Of a stretch of DNA of 64,000 nucleotides, positions 35,509 through 49,783 are shown piece after piece (positions within the stretch are counted from its first letter, which is position 1; each line of letters begins with the position of its first letter). The notes under the pieces were generated by a model, which was not told the origin of the DNA, did not search any database, and worked only from the letters and a program-made list of their open reading frames with translations. Source of the DNA: Laetmonice hystrix (Eukaryota); assembly GCA_965235115.1 (NCBI GenBank), contig OZ249438.1, positions 37,262,001 through 37,326,000 on the forward strand, given 5' to 3'. The position numbers were made by a program, and so were the translations under genes.

Positions 35509-38013
35509 TGTGACGGAGCATGGCATCTACTGGTTCTATCTACAACCGTCCACATTCAATGCACACAATGACTGTTTCTCTGCAAACTGAAGAACTAAAT
35601 AAACAATGGAGTATCGGTTTTCAAGTCAGGAAACCGACGTAGGTTTTTCAGCGGCTAAACTTGGCCAATGTTGCGGGACTAGGTAATTCAGTTGGTGGTC
35701 GTCAGGTCGTGAGAATCCACACCAAACAGACGCCGACACGTCCTTTATCCTGCCCACATTATAATGACGACCCGGGGCTGCATGGCCGCGGACCGGGGCG
35801 CTCGGACCCACCGAGACCCGGACTAACTTAGCCAGAGCACGCCGAGCCAATTAGGCCCGGGGCAGACGGAGGATCAGCTGCTCTCCCATCTATACAGTGG
35901 ACTCCACCGACAACATCTTCACTAAACCCCACCCCGCCTCACTTGTCCTTACCAAGCCTTCCTTAAGGGGAGAGAAAAGTGGACCGCTTGACCGTGAAGG
36001 AGGAGTTTCGATTGATGTTGGTAAAACACGGAAAGCTTCTTGGAGAGAATGATTAACCTGATGAAGGTGATACCCTCAATTTACAAACTCATACATATAT
36101 TTCTCATTTCACAGTCGATGTGGACAATTGAAGACATGCACTTAAACAAACACCGAGGGCGGTGAAAATCATTAGTCTTACAGTGTTGCTTGCACCATCG
36201 AGTGGCTGACACACTTCCTGAAGCCATGCTATATTTGCGGAAACATATGCCATACCCCCTTTACATGTTTAATTAATGTGTTTGTTTTTAGAGTTTCTCT
36301 CCATCTCTATCTATATTATATAATATGCAGACATTTTGTCACTGCGTCAATTGTTAAATTTCCATACATATACGTTGTTGATCTAGCCTGAAATGGTGTG
36401 TGCTCTATTAATCGGATTTAGTAGAGAATGGCGCCGCCAATAGTTCCTTTATACTCAAATAATGTAACTTTTATTGGCCACTTGCAGCATTTACTGCATT
36501 TATCGCTGGTGTGCGTACATCAATTAAGCTCTCTACAAAGTCATTAGTTTTTAGGGTACAAAGCATTGAAGCGTTTCCTCCACCATGCAGTACCCCCGAA
36601 ATAACAGTTTACTGAGTAAAGACAGCTGTCAATGGAGACACTCTACAAGAACAATACATCAATGATAATAAAGTACTTCCGATTCGTCGCAAATCTTGCG
36701 TTTCGATATTTATTTACTGAATGACAGAGTTGTCTACGAAATTGGATTGTTCACTTTGAGTAACGTGTTTGAGTCAGTGATGAAGAGAAAGACGGAAGTT
36801 GACAAAGAGAGCGGGAGATGTATTAGGTCTGGTACTAAGGTGGAGTTGAAGTGTTTCTAACAAAGATTTGGTATCATGGTCAACATGATGGATATCCAGC
36901 CATGATTAATGACATTGCCAAGTAAAGAGGAACGGCTTCAGGTTCCTCTGTGTATGACTGATGGGCCTCCAGAGAACACAAGATTTCACTTTGATGTATG
37001 TTGGTGCCGATATATTGGCAGCTGGAGTAATTAATTTCTCAGAAAAATGTCCAAGTTGGTTTTTATTGTTGAATTTTCACGAGGAGATCTGTTCTTGGAT
37101 AGGAGTTGCTCAGCCGGGAAAATGACGAGATAGACCATTGGGTCTAGTTGGGCTGATTGATTGGTGAGGGACAGTTTGCTGTATTTATAGACTGATTGGT
37201 TTCTAAGTGAAACAAAAGATTTCTGTTTTAACCTTGCGATACTGTAACTTTGTTCTCGCCGTGGAGATGGTCTTACACGGTATAAAACTGCCACCACTCA
37301 TTCACTCAGTATGGCCGATTTATGACTGCAATTGACCATTTATTCGGGGTGAAGAGATTATATACCTATGCTGTCAGGTCTTTGTATATCCATTTCTACA
37401 GCTTGACGCTGGATAAAAGGGAAAGTGGGAATTATTGATGGCAGCTCCAAACTTAACGGACCTCCTCCCCCCATACCAAGTCAAACAGGGTTTCTGGAGG
37501 GGATATTATCATCATGGTTCACTCACTCGTCACAAGGGGGCTGTGGTTGTCAAAAAGCAGTTCTTCACAAAAAGCGTTATACCCTCCCCCCCCCCCCCCA
37601 CACACACCACCAAAAAGAACCCTACCCCTAAAGAGGTAAAATAATAAGCTTCTTTTATACATGTAGTATTACATATAGGTGAATGTCTTGTGATTAATTT
37701 TTCCTTTTAAAATTCTATTCGTAAACACGTATTTCCACACGGGGAGTTCAAAGATGTCGACACAGCAGAGCGTCCTATTTGGCCTTTCTATAGACAGGTA
37801 GTGTTTATTTCAGCGCGTGATTCAGCCTCAGATAATGTCATATCAAGTATTGAAAAGACGTCCTCATGTTGAGTTTATTCCCGGTGCCGTCGGCCAGTCG
37901 GACTGGCCTTGTTACCGGCCTGGAGGAGCGGACATCGCCGCCGCTTACACTGCCACCACCTCGGGATGGTGCTTCCTCCGTGCTGACAACATGCGCAGCA
38001 ATTTCCTGTGAGA

Positions 38014-38027
38014 CCACCAGGGGGCGC
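38014..38027 (+). promoter_or_regulatory. CTCF consensus match
   Basis: CCACCAGGGGGCGC; motif match only. Confidence 0.4.
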
Positions 38028-38814
38028 GCGTCAATCCGGCCGAGGACGGACGAGGACGGCGACAGGAGGCGGCCCAGGGGTCAGTCCCCGGGTCAGGCCC
38101 AGGGCTGACCCGGGACAGTGGATGGAGGGCGGCAATTTGTAGGGAACAGGGCGCACCTTGATCACACCGACCAGTGCCGGGATGGACTGGACGACAGGCG
38201 AGTGGCGTCCTCACAGAACGTACACAGTCCGGTTGATCACACCAAGGGTGGCCATCGTGTAGGCCCGTCAGACCAGGAGAACACTTACCTCACGACCCGC
38301 CTGGTTTCACACAGATACCCATATGAAGGGGGGACTCGTCCAGCCTCAGACTGACGAGACCAGGGGTCAGCAGGTTGACAGGGGTCGGGGCCGCTATGAC
38401 CGTGGAAGGATATTGGGGATGAGCAATGGCTGAGTGTCAAGGGGGTGTTAGCCGTGAGGGGGTGGGGTGGGGTGGGATGGAGTGAGGTGGGGTGGGGTGG
38501 GATGGAGTGAGGTGGGGTGGGGGAGCGGGCTTGTGGAGACGGGGATTTGACATGCCGGCGGTGTCCAAGGATTGCTACTCGATTCGGCAACCACGAGTCA
38601 CGTGACTCCGATGATGGCCGTAAGGGGGCAGCACCTCCCAGGTCGCCTGTCACCACCGTCACCTGGCGGACAGAGAACCCGTGAACACGAGCCTCGAGAT
38701 CTGGACCAGAGGTCTGTGTGAGAAATGGTAAAACACATAACACTATTATCAAAAGTCATCTTCCTTCAAGAAGGAGCTCCCCGACAGCGTCCAGTTCAAT
38801 TAGGAGGGTAGGCC

Positions 38815-39992
38815 TACAGTCGATATCGACCGACCCCCTGCCCCGGTTCCAATATCTGTAGGTACAGTCGATATCGACCGACCCCCTGCCCCGGTTCCAA
38901 TATCTGTAGGTACAGTCGATATCGACCGACCACCTGCCCCGGTTCCAATATCTGTAGGTACAGTCGATATCGACCGACCCCCTGCCCCGGTTCCAATATC
39001 TGTAGGTACAGTCGATATCGACCGACCCCCTGCCCCGGTTCCAATATCTGTAGGTACAGTCGATATCGACCGACCCCCTGCCCCGGTTCCAGTATCTGTA
39101 GGTACAGTTGATATCGACCGACCACCTGCCTCGGTTCCAATATCTGTAGGTACAGTCGATATCGACCGACCCCCTGACCCGGTTCCAGTATCTGTAGGTA
39201 GGCTACAGTCGATATCGACCGACCACCTGCCCCGGTTCCAATATCTGTAGGTACAGTCGATATCGACCGACCACCTGCCCCGGTTCCAATATCTGTAGGT
39301 ACAGTCGATATCGACCGACCCCCTGCCCCGGTTCCAATATCTGTAGGTACAGTCGATATCGACCGACCACCTGCCCCGGTTCCAATATCTGTAGGTACAG
39401 TCGATATCGACCGACCCCCTGCCCCGGTTCCAATATCTGTAGGTACAGTCGATATCGACCGACCCCCTGCCCCGGTTCCAATATCTGTAGGTACAGTCGA
39501 TATCGACCGACCCCCTGCCCCGGTTCCAGTATCTGTAGGTACAGTTGATATCGACCGACCACCTGCCTCGGTTCCAATATCTGTAGGTACAGTCGATATC
39601 GACCGACCCCCTGACCCGGTTCCAGTATCTGTAGGTAGGCTACAGTCGATATCGACCGACCACCTGCCCCGGTTCCAATATCTGTAGGTACAGTCGATAT
39701 CGACCGACCACCTGCCCCGGTTCCAATATCTGTAGGTACAGTCGATATCGACCGACCCCCTGCCCCGGTCATCTGTAGGTACAGTCGATATCGACCGACC
39801 ACCTGCCCCGGTTCCAATATCTGTAGGTACAGTCGATATCGACCGACCCCCTGCCCCGGTTCCAATATCTGTAGGTACAGTCGATATCGACCGACCCCCT
39901 GGCCCGGTTCCAATATCTGTATAGGTACAGTCGGTATCGACCGACCACCTGCCCCGGTTCCAATATCTGTAGGTAGGCCTACAGTCGATATC
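38815..39992. repeat. 48-bp minisatellite, about 24 copies
   Basis: TACAGTCGATATCGACCGACCCCCTGCCCCGGTTCCAATATCTGTAGG. Confidence 0.95.
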
Positions 39993-40365
39993 AAAAGGTA
40001 AGATAAATGACTTTCTACAGGGGCTAGGAAAACTCGACTATAAATACAGAAAATATTCTCACCCAGAAGGCGATACAACACGGATCCGGAGGAGACAAAG
40101 GGAGGAAGAAAAAAAAACACATCTAGCTATAAATATTTCTCGGAAAACATGGGTAGTATAGAGGCTCTCCCCCACTCCCTTCCCGGCAAGCTCTGACGTC
40201 GGTCTCTATAATAATATCTGTCATACCGGGAGAAACCACACAAGTGGCACGTTCCTTATTCCCTTGGCGAGGTAATTACGATACTTTCTGACCACGAGGT
40301 GACGACTTGTGTGCACTGCCGGACAGAGTACGCTCGGGCCGTCTCCGACACACCGCCTGGGTCAA

Positions 40366-40406
40366 ACACCAGGGGGCAGCAGTGAGCGGGTGCTGCCACC
40401 TGGTGT
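40366..40406. promoter_or_regulatory. Inverted pair of CTCF-like motifs
   Basis: ACACCAGGGGGCAGCA, then 9 nt, then TGCTGCCACCTGGTGT. Confidence 0.4.
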
Positions 40407-41927
40407 AGCTGTGAAGAGGGACTGACAATTACCATCTCCAATTATAAATCATGCTGTTTGAAATCTTAAGTTCTCATCTCTCCAGGGTGGATCCCAGAGT
40501 GCCCAATCAGGGGGGGGGGGCTTCTATGATAACATGTGGGATACCGTTTTATTATCCCGAGTCCCGCTGTCCGTGTGTGCGGTTTAACAAGAATGCAATA
40601 GGCGGCCGTCAGCTATGTCAGTTCAGAGACAAAACACTAGGTGGCGCCACCTGAATGTATGGTGGTACCATGAACTGCCTGCAGTGACCGCTTCCCCCGT
40701 GTACCAAGCGACCCCGTGTGTCAAGAGCAGACATTAGAATTATTCCCTGTCTGTCCGTGGTTTTATGCGGATAACCAAAGCAAGGAATCCACCTTCACTA
40801 TCTTTTTATATAGTATATACAAACTCTTACATTTTTATACTTTATATTTGAATGACTTCGGGGGGGGGGGGGTATGGCCGGTCCGCATAGGACGAGCTGA
40901 GATGATTTGGCCATGAGCAAGAGGACCCTTTCTTGTCTTTGCAGGAAAAAAAAATCTCCAGGATGGCTCCAATCAGGGGGTTCCCGTATGATAACATTCC
41001 CATGAAGTTATAATAAGGGGCAAGGGTTAGGTGTTAGGATAAGAATAATGATGGACTTCAAACAATTGGAGGTGTGAGAATAGGGGTGTCATCTCATCAG
41101 ACTCACTCCCCTCAGTCCTCGGAGGGGTTGAAGTGACCTTGACCTATATTTGTGTACTCAGTGACGCTGTCGGTGACTGACCCTCTTCACGAGGGTTTGT
41201 GTGGATGGGGTTTAGTTCCTGGCTCCTTCCCTAGGGGGCGTACCAAAGTAACCAATCTTGAGAAGGTAATTATTCGTACAACCCTGAGATCCATCTGGCC
41301 AACGGTCCCATCCATCTGGCCTTAGACCCTATCCATTTAAGGTCATTGATGGACTGCTCTGCCCTTCTGTAGACATACATCAACAGCATGTTTGCCCAAG
41401 GGACAAGTAGCTTCATTAGTTGCCGATAAACTATGGCAGAATTATGGAGAGAGTGGTGAGGAAAGCATTAACAGATACGGCCAGGTTTGATTGTAGGTAC
41501 CGCTAAGTATGTGGTGTCACTTAGCCGCGCAGCGCTTGTAATATGTCACAAATAGATGGCATGAAATGGAGGATATTTAAGATTTGCGTGGCGGGGATGA
41601 GGATGGGATAAAGGTGGTCAGGGGTCCCTGATAGTTTGGTGAGTAGGGAGGTTTTAAATCTGTAACCTCCTCAGCTCCTGGGTCTGACAAACTGGGTCTT
41701 GTTTAACTTTCGTTCTGACCCCAGAGATTGGCTGACTTTGAAGAACTGGGCCCCTTTTCGACTCGGGCCCTGGGATTCTTTAAGAAAGTTGCGTTTGTAA
41801 TTAATATAGAAAAAGTCGCAATATGAACAGCTGATTACAACAACCCGATGACTGATAATCCTGCCGTTAAATCAAGTACAACAAACACGCGCCAAAGGAC
41901 AAGTTCATCGCCAAAACAACCTGCCCC

Positions 41928-42440
41928 GATTCCCGACCTACAACCTCCGGGCGACGCTTTCCTACCCCGACCTACAACCTCCGGGCGACGCTTTCCTACC
42001 CCGACCTACAACCTCCGGGCGACGCTTTCCTACCCCGACCTGCAACCTCCGGGCGACGCTTTCCTACCCCGACCTACAACCTCCGGGCGACGCTTTCCTA
42101 CCCCGACCTACAACCTCCGGGCGACGCTTTCCTACCCCGACCTACAACCTCAGGGCGACGCTTTCCTACCCCGACCTACAACCTCCGGGCGACGCTTTCC
42201 TACCCCGACCTGCAACCTCCGGGCGACGCTTTCCTACCCCGACCTACAACCTCCGGCGACGCTTTCCTACCCCGACCTACAACCTCCGGGCGACGCTTTC
42301 CTACCCCGACCTACAACCTCCGGGCGACGCTTTCCTACCCCGACCTACAACCTCCGGCGACGCTTTCCTACCCTGACCTACAACCTCAGGGCGACGCTTT
42401 CCTACCCCGAACTACAACCTCCGGGCGACGCTTTCCTACC
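41928..42440. repeat. 34-bp minisatellite, about 15 copies
   Basis: CCCCGACCTACAACCTCCGGGCGACGCTTTCCTA. Confidence 0.95.
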
Positions 42441-43610
42441 ACATGATGGGTTTCACCCAGTGATTATCTCTTTCATCCACCAAGGCCTGTAGCCGCGGGG
42501 TGCGTCTCTTTGGCTAGGCCGCAGAGATTTGTTCCAAGGGTTCTTGGTACTTTACCGGGCAGATCTGGGCCCAAGAACCTGTCAGATCTATCAGGGTTGT
42601 TGGATCCCTCAAGAGCAGTGAGTTGGGAGGGGGTGTTCAGTGAAGATGGCCCGAGTTTATCAGGTATTACTCGATATATTCTGTCTTGTAGTCCCTCGTG
42701 CCCTCTAGATTCTCCCCCCCCCATGCCCTCCAGTTAAATCGCCCTTCAAGGCAGCGTGTCTGTTAATGGCAACTCCCATAGATTTTGGCTTCATTTCAAT
42801 TCCAACTTTGAAGGGTATCTCGTAGTACTTTTATTGACGTGAATTTCATTTCACAGCCTTTGAATCTCGCGGCACAGAAGGGGGTCTGGTTTTGCTGGTC
42901 GCTCCTCACTCCTGACTTGTGTAGCATGTGATGTCTGCACTGAAAGCCGCTCAATGATAGTTTTTACACTGACATTTTAGCACGTCAACACTTGGTTAAT
43001 GAGCAGTCGACTGGTATGAACATGGCACTGTTCCAAGCGAACGTCCCCCGTCCATGGCAGCAGTTGGTATTTCACAATGTCGATCTGTCAGTACTGCCAA
43101 TATCCCAGACACCGCTTACATAGAGTGACTGGATGAACCAGTATAATGGGATGGACGGGTCCAACATCATTGTCTCTTGTCGCAGCTAATTTTCCATTTC
43201 CCATATCCCTTTTACTAAATTAACAAAAGAAAAACAACCAAAAAATCCTCTTGGAACGGTGGAATTCGTGGACATGCAGCTCCTTCACTGTAAGTCTCAT
43301 GTCGTGATTTTCGGCCTGCATTCTACTGAGTAATAATTATATTTTGTCATTTGTCTGTTGTTATACCTCTCGACGTTTAACATATAGTAGGGGTCTGTTT
43401 CAGCCCCTTTTCATTTTTTTTTATTCTCCCAATGAGTGGTCTGCGTATATTAAAGGAAAGGATTCCCAATAAACTGGGACACGAGAACGCCGGAGTTGGG
43501 GAAGCAGGTGACACCAGCGGGGTATCGGTCAGTGTGGAAAGATTACCTTTAGAATGGTCCGGAAATGAAACTGAAGTAGGAAAACCAATAAGATTGGGAG
43601 CAGTGTACTA

Positions 43611-43995
43611 CAGCAGTGGGCGCGTTGACCACAGCAGTGGCCGGGTTGACCAGAGCAGTGGCCGGGTGGACCACAGCAGTGTGTGGGTTGTCTACAGCAG
43701 TGTGTGGGTTGACCACAGCAGTGGGCGCGTTGACCACAGCAGTGACCGGGTGGACCAGAGCAGTGTGTGGGTTGACCACAGCAGTGTGTGGGTTGACCAG
43801 AGCAGTGGGCGCGTTGACCAGAGCAGTGTGCGGGTTGCCCAGAGCAGTGGGCGCGTTGACCACAGCAGTGTGTGGGTTGACCACAGCAGTGTGCGGGTTG
43901 ACCACAGCAGTGTGCGGGTTGACCACAGCAGTGTGCGGGTTGACCACAGCAGTGTGCGGGTTGCCCAGAGCAGTGTGCGGGTTGACCAAAGCAGT
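43611..43995. repeat. 21-bp minisatellite, about 18 copies
   Basis: GACCACAGCAGTGTGCGGGTT variants. Confidence 0.93.
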
Positions 43996-44331
43996 AGGTA
44001 TATTGCTGCCTCCAGGTTTTTATTACGTCCCGTGTGATCATTTTTATCGATGTGTTAGATCGATGGTAGACAGGAAGTCTCGGAGACAGAAATACTGTGG
44101 TTAAGATGTAACTATAGATTACATATGGCGTACATTCCCACATCCCTACCTCACCGGTGGTATGGCATTGTACGCAAGGCAAGTAGGTCGATGTGTTTTT
44201 CTGACTTCTACAAGAGAAACTGACAAGCATTCTAAAAAAAAGTTTTGATTGTTCCTTAAAATTCCATAGTGAACTTTCTCTCTCATGGCCTTGACCCATC
44301 CACACATTGCCAGCGCTGAAACCGCACATCT

Positions 44332-44468
44332 NNNNNNNNNNNNNNNNNNNNNNNNNNNNNNNNNNNNNNNNNNNNNNNNNNNNNNNNNNNNNNNNNNNNN
44401 NNNNNNNNNNNNNNNNNNNNNNNNNNNNNNNNNNNNNNNNNNNNNNNNNNNNNNNNNNNNNNNNNNNN
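44332..44468. other. Assembly gap (N run)
   Basis: 137 consecutive N. Confidence 0.99.
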
Positions 44469-45009
44469 TGGTGCGTTGTGTTCTGAGTTGGGCTGCTGGC
44501 ATTACCACTCAATAAACAACCTGATGCACCGGCCGCATGCAATATTCACAGCTACCTGAGCTACTTTTGTTCTCGGCCCTCTACCAACCAATTCCCCGGC
44601 CACACACATAGAAAGAGAAAAGTTTACTGACGTGGTCTGGAGCATGAAAGTCTGGCTCGATTATGGCGGCAACTTTACTTGACCAAAATTATTCAGTAGA
44701 TCCACGCTGTAAAGAGGTTGACACCGTTCAGTCAGTTTTCTCATTGTACAAACCATCATAAGATATTTGATACAATTCTCGCAGAAGTATTCTTGGTTGA
44801 ATATACTTAGAGTGATACATACTGCCCATATTTAGTGTACACAAGTGTTAAGATGAGATGAGTTCATCAGTGGCAGTCCACCACTAAATCATTTCTCCAC
44901 ACCATTCTTTACCCCATTCATCGCCTCTTACAAACACCGGAACACCTTTGATCCCCAAGAGGGCTGTTGATATAAAAACACAGATAATCCAATATTCATT
45001 AAGCAGCAC

Positions 45010-45365
45010 CGGGACATCGTGACGGTCGTGTTGATCATGAGACAGCGGTACACGTCCGTATGAAAGGATAACGTGACGGTAGTGTGGATCATGAGACAGC
45101 GGTACACGTTGTCCGTATGGAAGGATAACGTGACGGTCGTGTGGATCATGAGACAGCGGTGGATCATGAGACAGCGGTACACGTTGTCCGTATGGACGGA
45201 TAACGTGACGGTAGTGTAGATCATGAGACAGCGGTACACGTTGTCCGTATGAACGGATAACGTGACGGTCGTGTGGATCATGAGACAGCGGTACACGTTG
45301 TCTGTATGAACGGATAACGTGACGGTCGTGTGGATCATGAGACAGCGGTACACGTTGTCCACATG
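45010..45365. repeat. 57-bp tandem repeat, about 6 copies
   Basis: GGATCATGAGACAGCGGTACACGTTGTCCGTATGAACGGATAACGTGACGGTCGTGT. Confidence 0.9.
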
Positions 45366-46877
45366 AAAGGGGAACTGTACCCTTTGTGAGTAACACCGGT
45401 CAATATGGGGGTCCACCCCTGGGGTCACCAGGGGTCACGACCACGGCTTCCGTCGATCTGGAAACATAAGGCACCGCCACACGTTTCCAGGATGGTCTTT
45501 TGTCAGGAGGGAGGCAGGGAAAAGTTGGCGTAAATCAAGAAAACATCGCTGCAGCAAGGCGGATTATAGTTTGATGATGGTGCGTGCTTCACGCATAGAA
45601 ACATCTTTTAGCAATCGTCCATGAAACGTAGTCTTGACATTTATATAATATATTGTAGCCTTATGTTTGAATGTGTTGAGCAGAGCTTTGAACCCTCAGA
45701 GCCCCTATGTGCCTCCATGTTGCCTCTGGTCGACTCCCTGGTTTACTGTGACTGGAAGAACACAGTTTTGTTCAGGACGGCCTGGGCTCCTTGGACCCGG
45801 GAATGGTTGGGGATTACAGGCGTTCCATCATGGCCGACTGGTCGACCAATCACGTACACCGGAAGTAGCTATCCATGCACGGAGAGTTGTGCCAAATCTC
45901 CACCGCTGGCTACTCGAGCAAACTAAAGCTGATCGTGAACAACGAAAACGTCACTAATGGGTCGCACTGCCGGTAGATGGGGTTAGTAGTACTGTAGTCT
46001 GGCTGCTTGGAACATCGACAGGCAAAGTGAATGATTCTTCGAGTAAAATAATCGCTTTAACCCCGGTAGGCCCAATGACAGATATAATGCTGTAAGCGAT
46101 GTCACGTTGAATTGGGGCAGATAATTCCCATCCCTGATTTTTCGTACATATTATAGCGTCACGAAACCCGCAGTGACGCGTTTCCACATTATTATCCAGG
46201 CTTCTCAGACTCCTCGAAAGTCATGGGAAATCAGGTTTCCATTTTCCAGTACTTGAAAGTTCTCGAAAAACACAAAAGTTCCTGGAAACTCATAGGGTAG
46301 TGGAAAACTTTAAAAAATGGATTATAAAAACGTGTATTGGATGTTCATGTATGCTCGAACCATTTCATTTTTTGGTGATTTTCCGACAAGAGATCTCAGT
46401 TTATCGCTCGGCTCGTGTCCATGCAAGCTGCACTTTTATCCTGAAAATCACTTTTCGTCTCCTCTAGTTCTACTAACCGTGGGATCAGTAACGTGATCTC
46501 GTTGCACAGGTCACAAAAATGACCGTTGTTTTCCCAACACAGAGTGTCACATAAAACGACCAGTGTCATCAAGTCATCAGTGAATTCAACGCCACCATAC
46601 CCGTTATTTGGCTGAAACATTTCAGCATGATGAGGATGAATGAATTTCTGTCACGACTTTCTCTCATTGCGTTTGTTTCATTTTTTTATTGTATCCACAG
46701 GAGTCGGGAGAATCAGTTCTTCAGTAATGTATTGCAAAGCTTATATCGGTGTGATTTCAGTGAATTTACTGTAGTAGACTGGACACACTGGAGGCAGCTA
46801 TTATGATATATTAGCCTGCCGACCGAAAGCCGGTTCACTGTGATTTTTTTTTATTTCACTTATGTCTCCGCGTAAAC

Positions 46878-47132
46878 GGGGGCCTCGGGTGGCCGAGTGG
46901 CCTAAGGTGTTGGCTCATGACACTGAGGACCATTGTCTCACACCACTGCGGTCCTGGTTCGATCCCCGGCCAGGGCTGCATGTGTGAAAGGTTTGTCAGT
47001 CAGTTCCTTCCCGATGGTCGGTGGTTTCCTCCGGGTACTCCAGTTTCCTCCACCAAGAAAAACTGACTTTCATCATCATCTTCACCGCCGTGATAAATGA
47101 CCCTGGCTGTTGCAAGGCATAAAACCTCAAAC
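46878..47132 (+). mobile_element. tRNA-derived SINE with a V-domain-type central core
   Basis: A-box GGTGGCCGAGTGG (46888), B-box GGTTCGATCCC (46956) and core GGTGGTTTCCTCCGGGTACTCCAGTTTCCTCCACC (47020-47054). Confidence 0.85.
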
Positions 47133-49783
47133 ACCCACCCCTCTCCGCGCAAACTCCCAGCACACTCCTACCACAGTTGTCAATAGACCTGGAAGTAAAT
47201 CTGGAATAGGAGATACCTTATTATATTTTATTGAAGTTAGAATGAGCTGTCGGTGTACAATGGGATGCGTCAGATAAATGTTGGTGAAAATTGAAGCAAT
47301 TTCTCTCAGCGTTCTTGTCAGACTTTTCCAGCTTAGCGAGTCGTTATACTTTGTTAACCCGGCCACCACGCTGCCAGGGTGCTGTCATTGGAACAGCGTG
47401 ACGGTCAAAATGTTATAAAGTCAACATAACCCAGCATTTATTTACAACACCAATGACTGGATGGGGTTCAGTTTAGCAAATCTTCCTCCCAGTGAGACTG
47501 AGAGTGCAATCATATTTTCATGCATTCAATGACATTCTGATTTGTTGGCCTGTGAACTGCTCGTCTATACTTTGGTGGCAGTTGGACATAATTTCCATGT
47601 TAGAAAGTTCCAGCGTTAACATTGATCACTGAACGATGTTATCAAGTACCATACGATTAAGTTGTAGATGTTTAAAGAATGAAATATTTGAGATTACTGA
47701 TGAGATGTGTAATCGCTGTCCGAGTTTTTTTTCTCCTGGTAGAACTAAATGAAGTTAGGATCTGGCGCTGTATTGGCAATCACAGTCTCGATTAGAACCA
47801 GCATCAATTAAACTGGGACAGTCTCCTGTTGCAGAGTGATTAGCCTGCCTCCCGTCCCTATAACCAGTCAGTACATTCCGTGGTAGATGAAAGTGTAGAG
47901 TCACGGGAATTACAGCTTGTTTCAAGGTGCCACGCCCCGCAAACGGGGACAGGGGTATGCTCCAAAAAAATCGGAATTTTATATTTAAAATGATGAGTTC
48001 AGTTGTTTCATTTACAAACCATATTTTTTTCTATGCAAGGGGGTTATCCCCTAGTTACGCCCCCAGTGAACCACCCAGATCCCAGACTGCCGAACAGGGA
48101 GCGTGAAGAGCGAGGGTTGAGAGGACATTCATCAGAATCAGCCCACCCTGCGGACGGAACCCACAACAATAGACGGATGTATCTCAAAGGGAATCCCTGA
48201 GACATTCTTCATCTCGGACCTGATCGATGTGAGGTGTCTTTACTGCTATCTTTGAGGAGATACGACGCGCCACATTTTGCTGGAGCATGGCCCCCGTAGA
48301 CATCGCCCTGTGCCTAGTGTCACCATCCATCCAGTGGTTGACTTCGTCTGTCCATTGTTACCTCCTCCATCAACCAGCACGACACCTGCTCAAGTCTGTA
48401 GGTTTCTATTCCATAGATGAAGCAGACATTACATGATCGTTGTGTTCTCATTTTCTCTCCAAGTCGCCGGAGTAAATCCAATAGGAAACGTTTTCTTGAC
48501 GTCTGGAAGCAGACATGTCTCAAAGAGTTGTAGTAGTCTGTGCCATGCCCCCTGACCTGCTTCAGATAACTCCAGAACAAACTGGACGGCCTTGAGACAG
48601 ATAGCAAATTAATAGAGCGAACGGGTCAGTTCCACCTGGGCGGAATCCATGGCCCAACTTTTAAAATGTTCACTTCTTGCTTGAGCTCAAGTTCTTCCAA
48701 ACTCGTGCCAGGGATTTTTAAGTTTCACCCTCAGTGAGATTCCCGGGTAAGTACGCTGCTGACTCCCAACAGACACAATCCTGGGTCCCGTTTTCCCAAA
48801 CTTACGTTCTTGCTTAAGCTTAAGCTTAAAGCTACAAGCTTCTGATTGGGTGTTCAGAGTTTGACTGTGTCTTCCAGGGTATTTTTCAGCTAAAGAATGG
48901 ATAATCATATTATGACTGCAATAGTATCATTTTGCTTCATGTAGATGTGAAATACTTGTTCGGTTAGAAGCAGACTTTGACAGATTTCCACCTCAGAAAA
49001 ACACTGCCTAATAAATGATTCTCGGAGGAATCGATTTACTGGCTAGGAAACTCTCATCTACACAAATGTTTCTGTTTTACAAAAGCATGAATAAAATATG
49101 TAATCAATGCCTATTCTCAACCAGTCCAAAATAAAAACAAAACTCTCCCGTCGCATCACATGAGCTAAATTGATGATATAAAACATTGTAGCTTGGAAAC
49201 GCCAAGCATTCAGAGTATTTCCCTCGATAACGGCATACAACATTGGATCTAGCCATAATGTCGTATCTTGCCTGTTCTGATATCGGTAAATAATAAAAGA
49301 AAAATTCAAGGCGAACGTTTCTAACTATGCAGATATGTTGACACTGTCTAACAGTGTCTAAGTGTTTGCGCCTCTTGACGATATTTCCGTTGAAGAATGA
49401 CGGATTTAGGTTAACTGAAAACGTTTGTGACAAAGGCCACCAGTATTCCCAAGCTATACGGGATGATGTAGTGTGTTGGCGAGATCACAACACGTATGGC
49501 ATAATAAGAATCAAAGCGGGCGCCATCAAGAGAGCCCAGAGGACATTAGTTGGAGTCAGCAGTTGTTTTCATCGTCTGATTTCAAACGCGGACTGAGTTT
49601 AGTTGAGGGCAGACAGTCGTCTAAATGAGCCCCAGAGCACAGTGTTTTCATCGACATTGCAGTGTGATGGGCATTGTTTGAATTCCACTTGGCGGTAGCT
49701 TTATCAGGAGATCCAGCAATACAATCGGTACAATTCATTGCTGTGGGTGAGGCTGCCGGGAGAACCGGAAACAGGATGTTCTT

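Noticed and set aside
27557-35555. Repetitive ORFs at 27557-28992, 32411-32977 and 35067-35555
   Set aside because: They are translations of the 76-, 50-, 125- and 18-bp arrays.
37866-38752. GC-rich stretch with several ORFs and a minus-strand GTAAGT at about 38289, as a possible nested gene
   Set aside because: All frames are interrupted by stops and no recognisable protein motif is present.
38814-45428. Repetitive ORFs at 38814-40120, 41848-42492, 43432-44104 and 44884-45428
   Set aside because: Each coincides with a tandem array, and several are open in multiple frames or on both strands.
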